Assembly: GCF_026571515.1 (NCBI RefSeq)
Contig: NW_026852521.1
Location: 1 to 64,000, forward strand
From: Ruditapes philippinarum
Lineage: Eukaryota
Direction: 5' to 3'
Length of the DNA stretch: 64,000 bases
The translations under genes and the position numbers were made by a program. Below, piece after piece: positions 52,901 to 64,000 of the stretch. Each line of letters starts with the position of its first letter. Positions within the stretch are counted from its first letter, which is position 1. Below the pieces are notes generated by a model. That model did not search any database, was not told the DNA's origin, and saw only the letters and a program-made list of their open reading frames with translations.

Positions 52901-55900
52901 CAAGCATTCCAGATTACTCGTTCTGATTCTATGCCAAGGTGGTATGTCACCAGCAGTTTGTCTATGCCAAAAATTATTGCTAACACGGACGATGAATCTC
53001 TGAATTATGTAAAAGATTTTACAGACAAAAGACAATACCAGCGTAGAATTGATGATAAGTCACATCCATTAACTCCACAACAAAGATTCCAGATGTTTAA
53101 AATGGACAAAAAAGAAACAAATACAAGATTTAAAATCATTCCAACACCATTATCTGTTCAAGTGAAAGAGAAAGTAGAAATGGAATTTAATACAAAGCAA
53201 TGGGTTATTATTAAGTCTGATCCATTTTTACAGGAGATTAAACATTTTTCAGGTAAGCATGTCTGATTCTAAGTAAAGAACATAATTATTAGTTTATAAA
53301 GAAAACTTGAAAATTTTAAAATTAATTTTAAACATTTCATTGACATAATATTTTTATCAAACACAAGATGGATTATTATATGTTAAACTGGACAAATGAG
53401 GCCCATCATTAATTCTAGATATGGTAATGCGTCAGTAAAGGTATTATAACTGTTACTCAAGGGACGACAGGGGTAAGTTTAAATTAAATTGGTATGCTTT
53501 AGTAAAAAAAAAGTATGCTTCAATTAAAAAAATTTGTTTTCATTGAAATAATGGACTCTAAAATAAATTTGGAATGCGTAAAAATTGCCTTCAAGGAGGT
53601 ATAGTTATGTTCAATTAAGAAAAAGAATAATGTTTCAGGTAAAATATGAAATGCTTCAGTTAAAATATGATAATACTTCAGTTAAGATGTGATAATGCTT
53701 CAATTAAGATACCTTTATGGTTCAATTAAGATATGATAATGCTTCAGTTAAGATATGGTGATGTTTCAGTTAAAATACTGTAATGGTTCATTTAAGATAT
53801 AGTAATGCTTCAATTAAAAAATAGTAATGCTTCAATTAAAATATAGTAATGTTTCAATTAAGATATAGTAATGCTTCAATTACAATACATGTATTGTCAT
53901 GGTTCAAATAAGATATGATAATGTTTCAGTCAAGATATGGTAATATTTTAATAAAGATATCATTATGGTTAAATAATGCTTCAATTAAGATATTGTAATG
54001 CATCAATTAAGATATGGTAATGTTTCAGTTGAGAAAAGTAATTCTAAAGTCAATTTATGGTGTGATAATGCTTGACTGAAGATTGGGATTATTTTTTATA
54101 TTTATAATTTACCAACAATCTTGTTCTTTATTACAGATGAGCTGTCAATGAAAATTGTAAAGTCTAAACCAATGAGAAAGTATATCGAGATAAGGGAAGG
54201 TCCTGTTATAGTGGACATGGATGAAGTATCTAAAGAAAACAAGGATGGTTACAGTATTGAAGCTTTTTCATCTAGAGAATATATTATTGTTACCGCAGCA
54301 ACAAATGAAGCTTTATTTTATGCATTCCAAACTTTGAGTAGTATTTTCTTTACACCGGAAGCCCGTACAAGTGTTGGTATACCAATAATGTTACCAGAGT
54401 TTACTATCAAAGATGCACCAAGATTCTCTTATAGAGGTCTACATATAGGTAGGTTAGATATATAAATATCTGTATAGACAAGAGAATTATTGAAATGATA
54501 TTAGATAAACTATGTACACCACTGCTGTCAATTTATGAAGTAATAAATAAAGGAAGTTAAATTTGCTGTATTATAAGTTTGTTATAAAGGTTTAGGTAAG
54601 GTTATATAACCATGAATTTATTGTTTTTTTCAATATAACCATTGTCTAGCAGCTCTGAATATATATGCAAACAACCATTTATATGTATAGGGTCAAATAC
54701 ATAACCTAGCTGTAATAAATCTTTATAACTATTAAAATATGCATGATTTGGCCTATACATGTGATATGGTGCCTTAAGAAAATATTCAAATGTAAAATAA
54801 ATTGTGAGACATTTAAAGCTACATGCCCCTAAACAAAGAAAAAGGTTTTTAAAAATACTTCAGAAAAATGTACTTTAAAAGAATAAGAAGTATAGAAATA
54901 TTTACAATACAACATGTTTCATGCATGATTACGGTAGTCTGAGTATTTTGTCATATTTCTAGCAAAGAGCCTTGTTACTTAAAGAGTAATAGCTATTTTT
55001 GAAAATTTTAACTCATTTTATGTTATTCATATGAATAACATGTATGCAAAATATTGCTTTTCATGGATTTTTTTTGACATTATTTTCAGATGTATCCCGT
55101 AATTTTATAAAAGTTGAAGAAATTTTAAAGATCATTAATATAATGTCAATGTACAAGATGAATAAACTACATCTACATTTATCAGATGATGAAGGCTGGA
55201 GACTTGAAATACCTGGAATACCAGAGTTAACACAGGTAATCTTATAATAAATGTCCACATATAAGATGATGTGTCTCCTTTAACCAATTAGTTATGATCC
55301 TGCACATCATCATTACATAACCACCTTCCACTGTTGATTAAACTTTTACTGAAGGTTTTGATATTTTTAATGTAAAAAAAAGAATGAAATGTAACATACA
55401 GAAGAATCTGTTTATGTCAAAGTTTCATATGGTAAGCATGATGTCAGACTTATAGTTTTATCCCAGACTTTTGGTCTGCTAATATCTATTATATTTCTCT
55501 CCCTCTGTAGTCATTCATTCTGTTTCTAATCCAACTGACTTTTAGTGGCAGAATTTTATCACTCAATCACACATACTTATTAACAACTGTGTGAATCAAT
55601 TAAGGGAGTTGTTTGATTTGAGGATATAGGCAATATTATTGATATGATGCACATTCCTAATCTCTTGATACATATGTACAATTGAATAACTGCTCCCTAC
55701 AAATTTTTTTCTTGGCTTACAGGAATGTAGTGTCCTCCAATAACAGCCATTTACTTTCACAAAAATTAAATGACCCTGAAAAATACACATTTTTAGCTTG
55801 ACTATTTGAAGAATATGAGAGCTATTGTAGTCGCCCCGGCGTCGGCGTCAGCGTCCGCGTCGGCGTCTGCGTTGGTTAAAGTTTTTTGAAAAGTCAAATA

Positions 55901-58900
55901 TCTCAATTATTACTTGAGATATTCAATTGAAACTTACAATACTTATTTATAGTAACAAGGTACATCAGATTGACAAGTTGGATAACTCTGCCTACAATAT
56001 TGACAGAATTATGCCCCTTTTTAACTTAGAAATTTTGGTTAAAGTTTTTTTGTAAAGTCAAATTTCTTAATTATTGCTTGAGATATTCAATTGAAACTTA
56101 CAATACTTATTTATAGTAACAAGGTACATCATATTGACAAGTTGGATAACTCTGCCTACAATATTGACAGAATTATGCCCCTTTGGAACTTAGAAATTTT
56201 GGTTAAAGTTTTTTTGTAAAGTCAAATATCTCAATTATTGCTTGAGATATTCAATTGAAATTTAAAATACTTTTCTATAGTAACATTGTACATCAGTTTG
56301 CAAAATTGCATAACTCTGCCTGCAATATTTGCAGAATTATTTGCCCTTTTGAAACTTAGAAATTTTGGTTAAAGGTTAAAGGTCTTCAAAGATATTTATT
56401 TGAAACTTTACACATGCACTTAGGGTCATAATTGGAGGGTCATAATTGTATGTCACTGACCAAGTTCCATAACTCTATCTTGCATTAAGGCTGATTCAAA
56501 TCCCCTTTTCTACTTAGTCTCTTGGTTAATGTTTACATGCAAGTTTTACATATCTCAATAACTATTAAAGATATTTATTTAAAACTTCACATATTTAGGG
56601 TCATAATTGTAGGTCTGACAAAGATCCATAATTCTATCTTGCATTTAGGCTGATTTTTCTCCCCTTTTTCAACTTAGAAATTCATGGTACAGTTTTGCTT
56701 GTAAGCTGTTATCTCAATAACTACTGAAGGGTTTCTGCCTTTTTTGGGACAATTTTATGCATTCATATTAATAAAGCAGTGATTTACTTGATTAAACATC
56801 TTAATAACAAGCCTTTGTACCTTTTCTGTCAAATTTATGTATTCATAAGTAATTAGTATTATTATACTCAATAAAACACCCTTGTGACATTACTTTCCGA
56901 ATAGTCAAGCCAATACTGTATAATTAGACTCTCTCTAAGGCCTATAACATGAATTTATAAAAAAAAATTAGCCCTTTTGTGAAATTAAAAAAATTTAACA
57001 TTATCAAGGCTCTTTTACTATCAAGCACTTGGAATAGTCGAGCGTGCTGTCCTACTGACAGCTCTTGTTTTTTTATATAATTCTAGAATTGATTTTATAT
57101 TGGTCAAAATGATAATCATGTAATAGCTACATTTTTTGAAAGGGCTGGTGTGGTCAAGTGAACAAATAATAGTTTACAGTTTATACAGTTTATTTTGGCT
57201 AAATCGGCATGAGAAAATGCCTTTGGCCATTTACAATAACTTATAATATTTGGTAAACAAAGCTTTTGTGTATATTTGTTACAAAATTATATAACTGATT
57301 TATCTTGATAACTGCCTGATAATTTTTTGTTTTCTTTTTCAAATTTCTACACAATGTAGTCAAATGAATAATATATATTGTTAAAAATTGTCCTGAATTG
57401 TATGATATATTGAACATCATATAACACATATTTTTAAAGGTGGGATCTTCACGCTGTCATGATCTCAAAGAAGAGCAGTGTATTTTACCTATGCTTGGAT
57501 CAGGGCCTTACTCTAATACATCAGGATCTGGATATTTTAGTGTCGGGGACTACAGAGAAATTCTCCTTAATGCAAAAGAACGTCATATAGAAGTTATACC
57601 AGAATTTGATATGCCTGGACACAGTAGGGCAGCTATAAAGTCTATTCATTCCAAATCACAGCGTTCGATACGTAAAGACATGAAAGCAAACCTATACTCT
57701 ATTATAGACAGTGAAGATGTACCTAAATTTAAATCAGGTCAACATTTCACTGATGATGTCATGAACCCGTGCATGGATTCCACGTATGATTTTGTCAAGA
57801 AGATCATAATGGAAGTAAAGAAGATGCATCAAGATATACAGCCTCTAAAATTTTACCACTTTGGTGGTGATGAGGTGGCTCAGGGAGCATGGGATGGTTC
57901 CCCTGAATGTAGGAAACTCAAAAAGCCAACAGGAGGTAAGATATTGATCAAATGTATAAATGACAAAGTATCTTTACTGATGAAAATTCTCAAAAGCTTT
58001 TACTAAATGAGTCAATTTTGGAGTATTGTCATCAGTGTTTATTGAAATTGTTTTCATGTTTTGTTATCTCTAGATACTGTGTAACTAGAGCAAGGAAATA
58101 ATGTTGATAAAATTATATGTGTAGACTCCTAGTTCTTATTTGTCTGAATCATGTAAATACAATCTGCAATATAGGAATGGCTTTATCATTTTGTTAAAGG
58201 GAAACCACTGTAAGTTTTATGGGGCAAATAATTTCTTTCAGTAATTTCCCTTAGATTATCTGTTGAACTAACTAAATTATAAGTGTTTTACTACTCCTCA
58301 TTTTAGTTAAGGTAGATTATAGAATTTCAAATCATTACGGAAATAACTGTATTCTGTAACTCATTGCCGAATATTTACCATTCATATTTTAAATACAGTT
58401 TTATATAATGTCTTTTATATTCCACACTTTTGTAAGTTTAGTAGTTTTAAATTAAGTAACCATATTAACATAATTATTGATGTATAGTTAACCTTAAAAC
58501 CCTACATCTATATAGAATCTTATCATTTTCAGAAAACATGGGTCAGTATGATTTGATGAAATATTTTATCAACAATCTTACACGTATTGCCTTGGAAGAA
58601 TCTATGTCTGTAGGAGCTTGGGAAGATGGCATGATATCACATGACATTGAAAACGTAGGATTACCTTTCCCACGTGATGCATTTAAAAACAAGTAAGTTT
58701 TGATTATGTGGAACAAAGTTGCATAGTTTTTGAAAGAAACAGTCTTATGTATAATGGAAAGTAACTTTCAAATATCTACAATGCAAATTGTGAATTCGTT
58801 AACTTAAACTTTGCATGAGTAAAGTGACATTATGCCTATCCAAGTATAAATGTGGGGACTAAAGGGAAAAGTCCAAATAAGTTTATATTTTGTGATGTTT

Positions 58901-61900
58901 GTTTCCAGTGTCATATTCTGCTCTTAATTATTATTCAGTTACCCACATTTTACACAGAAATTTCTACGAATATCCTTCAGAATGTATTAGTTAAGCTCAG
59001 GCACAGTCAGATTAGCTCAATACAAGGTAGAGTGTCAGACTGTGAATCGGGTGATCCGGGTTCAATTCCTAGACGGTGCTGGTCACTTTCTTTGTGATTG
59101 ATGATGAAATCCTTTCTATGGTCATTCTCACTGTACCTCTGCTCTGGCATGAACAGAAGTTATCTATTCCTTGTAAAAGTTAAGGCAACTAGTACTGGTA
59201 AACTACTTGACAGCCTGCCCAGGAACCAGTTGTTGGCTGAACTGTGCTGCAGAAAATTCAATGTGACTTATTGACGTGATCTGGAGTGAAAAATACCAAC
59301 ACCACTATTCCTCAGTAAAGCTCAGTTGATAAAAAGAGTTGGGCAGTCTTTTATAATTAAGGCAGTCCTAAACATTTATGATTATCAAATGTTGGCCAAT
59401 CACCATTTATTGAATATAATTATTTTTATTTCATGATAAAAACAAATTGAAGGAAAAGATGTTGGGGTCACAATCCTACTTTTTGAGTTATCTGCCCCCT
59501 TATTTAATGACGAGGGCAAGGATAATCTTTATTTCAATCATAATCCACATGTGTGTTGTTATCATGACCCTTTGTTATTTCAAAACAAGCATTTTCTAAA
59601 GTAAAATTTCTATTCAGAATCATATTGATGTATAGAAGAAGTACAGCAAAATTACTTCCCTTTTTAGCTCACCTGTCACAAAGTGACAGGGTGAGCTTTT
59701 GTGATCGCTTTTCGTCCGTCGTCCGTCCGTCCGTCCGTAAACTTTTACTTTAAATGACATCTCCTCATAAACCACTAAGCCAATTTCATCCAAACTTCAC
59801 AGGAATGTTCCTTTGGTGGTCACCTTTAAAATTTGTTCAAAGAATTTAATTCCATGCAGAACTCTGGTTGCCATGGCAACCGAAAGAAAAAACTTTAATT
59901 ATTTTTTTTTTTTAAAAACCAAAAGAGCTAGAGCTTAGATATTTGGCATGAAACATCTTCTAGTGAGTGTCTATCAAGTTTGTTCAAATAAAAGCCCTGG
60001 GGTCAAAATTGGCCCCGCCCCAGGGGGTCATTGATTTTCCCTATATGCATATAGTATAAACTTAAAAATCTTCTTTTAAAGAACCAAAAGAGCTAGAGCT
60101 AAGATATTTAGCATGAAACATCTTCTAATGAGTGTCTACCAAGTTTGTTCAAATAAAAGCCCTGGGTTCAAAATTGGCCTCGCCCCAGGGGGTCATTGAT
60201 TTTCACTATATGTATATAGTAAAAACTGAAAAAATCTTCTTTTAAAGAATTCAAAGAGCTAGAGCTAAGATATTTAGCATGAAACATGTTCTAATGGGTG
60301 TCTACCAAGTTTGTTCAAATAAGAGCCCTGGGGTCAAAATTGGCCCCGCCCCGGGGGTCATTGATTTTCCCTATATGTATAATAGTAAAAACTTAAAAAA
60401 TCTTCTTTTAAAGAACTCAAAGCGCTAGAGCTAAGATATTTAGCATGAAACATGTTCTAATGGGTGTCTACCAAGTTTGTTCAAATAAGAGCCCTGGGGT
60501 CAAAATTGGCCCCGCCCGGGGGTCATTGATTTTCCTTATATATGTGTATAGCAAACACTTAAAAAGTATTCTTTGAAAAAACCTAAATAGCTAGAGTTAA
60601 GATATTAAGCATGAAACATCTTCTAGTGAGTGTCTACAAAGTTTGTTCAAATAAAAGCCCTGGGGTCAAAATTGGCCCTGCCCTGGGGGTCATTGATTTT
60701 CCTTATATGTGTATAGGAAAAACTTAAAAAACATCTTTTAAAAAACCCAATGAGCTACAGCTTAGATGTTTAGCATGAAACATCTTCTTATGGGTGTCTA
60801 CCAAGTTTGTTCAAATAAAAGCCCTTGGGTTAAAATTGGCCCTGCCGGGGGTAGGGGTGGGCAGATCATTGTTTTTCATTATAAGTGTGTACATCATGAA
60901 ACATCTTCTTATAGGTGTCTTCCAAGTTTGTTCAAATAAAAGGTTTAAACTGGCCCCGCTCTGGGGGCCTACATACAGGTGAGCGACCTTAGGGCCATCA
61001 TGGCCCTCTTGTATAACTTAAAGATCCACCATTTTACTAGTTTACAAATAAAAAAATCTCTTTCAAAATGTATGTACATAAAATGTATAATATAGTATAG
61101 TTGAATTGTAATGTTTTAGAATTTAGGATCTGTATATAGTTATTTGATGAATGGTTTTGCTAGTCCTTTAATTTAATAATAGATCATGTGTATCTTATAA
61201 TTAGCATCACCATATAAATCAGAGTAAATTTTGAAAATTTTATTTATTGTTTGTCTAATTGGATTCATAATTGAATGAATGTAAATTTCCATATTTTATT
61301 TTACATGAATCATTAAATAATTTGTATGTTTTAGTAACATTCTTTAAAGAAAAAAACAAATGACATTACATAATGTCATAATAAAACTATAATTGCATTA
61401 TATATGATCATCATTTAGGATGTCCTTTACTATAAAGGCTATTTTACTTGACACAGGTCAGTTAATGGGCCTTGTGTTATTATAAGGAAAAAATTCAAAT
61501 TAATCTCCTAATCTCATGTTCTGACATACTTAAAATAAAAAGCTTCAATAAAGTGATTTGTATCATATTACCTGGAAAAATATCAATTCAAGTAATTTAC
61601 TTGTTATATTCAATGTTTGTTTGATGGGTAATACTTGTTAAACAGATATATATACTTTCAGAGATATATATGTGTATGTATGGAAGAGACCTTCAGAGTC
61701 ACGAACCCCACACAGAGCTAAACTGTTTGCTAATAAAGGCTATAAGGTATTTTGATCAATATGATAATAAGATTAATCTCCTTCAGTATTATGTTTGTTA
61801 TAAGAATATTTCATCAAGATTACAGAAAATTAGAGATATGTATAATGTAAATACATTTACCAAAATTTTCATCTACAATATTTTCACTTCAGTCTAGGTT

Positions 61901-62831
61901 TTTAATATACCAGCCGATCAATTGATATGTATAAACCTCATACACCTTTTTATCATATAACTCTACTTAAATCTTACACCACAGTGATTGTTTGCAAACA
62001 GAAACATGCAATTTAGTAGAACTAATTGCTACAACATTTTACAAGTATTGTCACTATAGTTGATTAGATCAAAGCATTTGTCCCTCATTGCCATAGGTAA
62101 AAGTCATGTTAGGTATTTTAAATGATTACATGTGTCTGAATGTATGGATGTCATCTGAAACTCGGCAAATGTGGCTTTCCCCATCTTATTCCAAGCACAA
62201 ACAAACATTTTACTGTTGTTGCTTCATAATGCACTATCATTCACAACACATTTAGTAAGTCATTGGTCTTATTATTGATATATTTATCAAGTTGTTATTT
62301 CATAATTTTTGTACCCTTAGATAGGAGTAACCCACATTTGCTGAGTTCAGGAATATCTATATTTAGCAAGCTTACAAAAGCTATATAAGCTAGATAATGA
62401 CCATATGATCTTAAGGGTTTTCATTATTTACAGATTGGCAATCATTATCATTGGTTGAATTGTGGTTACAATCGGTTGTATTTTCAGTTTGTAGAATAAA
62501 GGAAGTGGCTAGCCGTACGGGCCAATAAAAATGAAAACCCTGGATCTTACCCAGTGTTGTTATGACTTAATACCCAACTGTATCATTAAAATTCTAAATT
62601 CTGGTTGCTTTCAGGTTATATTAGCATATGGAACATATCTGTATTTTGATCACCCATATGAACCTGACCCGGAGGAGAGAGGGTTGTACTGGGCTACTAG
62701 AAAAATCTCTACAAGAGATGCCTGGGGATTTACACCATCTATTATGTTTAATGATAACCATTTGGAGTGTCCCGAACAAATAACAAACAAAAAAGAATGC
62801 TATGAACTCATTAAACCAGAAAACATTATGG
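49979..62831 (+). CDS. GH20 beta-N-acetylhexosaminidase, chitobiase type. Exons 49979-50091, 51678-51730, 52534-53252, 54137-54448, 55090-55235, 57440-57935, 58533-58692, 61662-61746, 62615-62831; continues beyond the window.
   Basis: Phase-consistent GT/AG splicing. Motifs IIPTP, DAPRFSYRGLHIDVSRNF, KMNKLHLHLSDDEGWRLEIPGIPELT, IPEFDMPGH, catalytic HFGGDE, WEDG and YFDHPYEPDPEERGLYWATR. One local frame disruption at ~52830-52860. Confidence 0.92.
50600..51040 (+). mobile_element. Degenerate HINE-type fragment
   Basis: The 3' end aagcactgagaatagttgagcatgctgtcctaccaacagcttttgtt matches 57024-57068. Confidence 0.55.
53640..54032. repeat. 22-bp intronic minisatellite (taagatatggtaatgcttcaat-like)
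   Basis: About 17 degenerate tandem copies. Confidence 0.9.
55790..57068 (+). mobile_element. Helentron/HINE-type element (second family) with ~163-bp internal tandem repeats
   Basis: 5' end ttttagcttgactatt, a (GGCGTC)n microsatellite, repeat units starting at ~55876, 56038 and 56202, and 3' end gaatagtcgagcgtgctgtcctactgacagctcttgtt. Confidence 0.85.
59003..59265 (+). mobile_element. tRNA-derived SINE
   Basis: A box tagctcaa..ggtagag and B box ggttcaattcc, followed by a body (gaaatcctttctatggtcattctc...agtactggtaa...gcctgcccagg) resembling mollusc SINEs. Confidence 0.65.
59661..61012 (+). mobile_element. Uninterrupted copy of the 38911 HINE family (~165-bp array)
   Basis: Same 5' end, microsatellite, array and 3' hairpin as 38911-45932. 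Confidence 0.9.
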
Positions 62832-62893
62832 GTAAGTTATTTCTGTGTTAATCTGCTTCAAAGTTTATGACTAATGGAATTAACTTTGAAGTA

Positions 62894-63690
62894 CAGTAGA
62901 ACTTCCATGAGTCAAACTTCGATTAGTTGATTTTCTCGATGTGTCGAAGTAAAATGAAAGTCCCGATTTTTTCCCTCTATATATTCCTTATAAAAACCTA
63001 TTTATGAGTCGAGATTTTATGTGTCGAGTTTCGATGTGTCGAAGTTTTTTTCGTGCTCCGTATAGAATAAATCTAGTACAATTTACCGCAAATAAGACGA
63101 AGTTCTTCTGTTATTTTGACAATTTCGATCTCGAGACATTTTCACACCTTTTATGGCCGCAAAGACGATTTTCGATCAACTTTAGTGACATGTGTTAATT
63201 ACACAGCCGAGTGTTCAAACAGCCTTTGTATGCGTTTAAATGTGTGAAAAAATGCTTTAATCATTTCTATTTTAATTGCGGTAGCGGTTTTTTAAAGTAC
63301 ATGTGAACAGTAAGAACTATAATTTGTGTACTTCCGTGACCCGGTGTCGCGTGATAATCACACGCGAAATATTTATTATAAGCTGGTTTAGTTATTGCCC
63401 TTTCGTATTTTTACGCCCTTTGTAACTTCATTGTATACGTCAACAGGGAGTCCAAATCATTAGCCGTGAAAAGTTACTTAATATGTCATATTTATCATTT
63501 TATAATGTAAAATATCAGATAAATGAATGAAAGAAAAACATGAAACAGGTTACGTTATAGATCTTATAATTAGGGCTAGTCACGGGTTGAAATTTTGTCA
63601 TGAAATTCAGACCGATTCATGAGTCGAAGTCCTGATGTGTCGAAGTTTTTACGCAAGTCCCTCCAACTTCGACTTACCGAAGTTCTACTG
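62894..63690. mobile_element. Tc1/pogo-type MITE with TA TSD
   Basis: ta|cagtagaacttc ... gaagttctactg|ta, with iterated gtcgaagt/tcga motifs. Confidence 0.85.
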
Positions 63691-63850
63691 TACATGTGTT
63701 TTTTTCCCAAGCTATACCATACTAAATTGTTTACCAAATACAGATACCTGCGGTCCTAATATTAAAAATATTCAGTTGTCTTTAGAACCACAGCTTTGAT
63801 TGAATTGAAAAGGTTTGCTCTTAAGTTCAGACTGCTATGTGATTGTAATA

Positions 63851-64000
63851 CTGTGAATTCACTTATATACGTGGGCATGAAATTTCGTGGTTTTTTCAAA
63901 AATGGCATTTTCGTGGGTTCTTAAATTCATGGATTTTCAATTTCTTGTAAAAAAATAAATAAATAACCTAATGCAAAGTAATTTACATTTAATGTATCAC
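63851..64000. mobile_element. Left end of a probable TA-flanked MITE; the other end lies outside the window
   Basis: ta|ctgtgaattcacttatatacgtggg...tttcgtgg, with iterated ttcgtgg motifs. Confidence 0.5.

Overview
AT-rich, intron-rich animal genomic DNA. The repeat content looks like a bivalve mollusc, probably a clam (inference from remembered repeat families). Host genes, all on the + strand: (1) the 3' part of an Amt-family ammonium transporter, present twice through a near-identical ~8.5-kb tandem duplication whose second copy starts inside an intron; (2) two tandem three-exon THEM6-like hotdog-fold genes that both lack the family HMNN motif; (3) a membrane-anchored chitobiase-type GH20 beta-N-acetylhexosaminidase running off the right end. 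The intergenic DNA holds many mobile elements with readable ends: two CAC...GTG elements with 5-bp target-site duplications (Transib/RAG-type signature; one ends in the RSS-like CACAGTA, the other is a 3.3-kb foldback), hAT-like elements with 5- and 6-bp TSDs, a 394-bp LTR element whose LTRs carry a tRNA-Lys-derived Pol III unit, an internally deleted mariner, a gag-protease-only Gypsy element with an intact -1 frameshift signal nested in a Helentron/HINE-type element, a possibly twin-primed LINE, plus MITEs, SINEs and minisatellites. Several frameshifts and two homopolymer-distorted stretches point to long-read assembly errors. All calls were made by eye; no searches were run.
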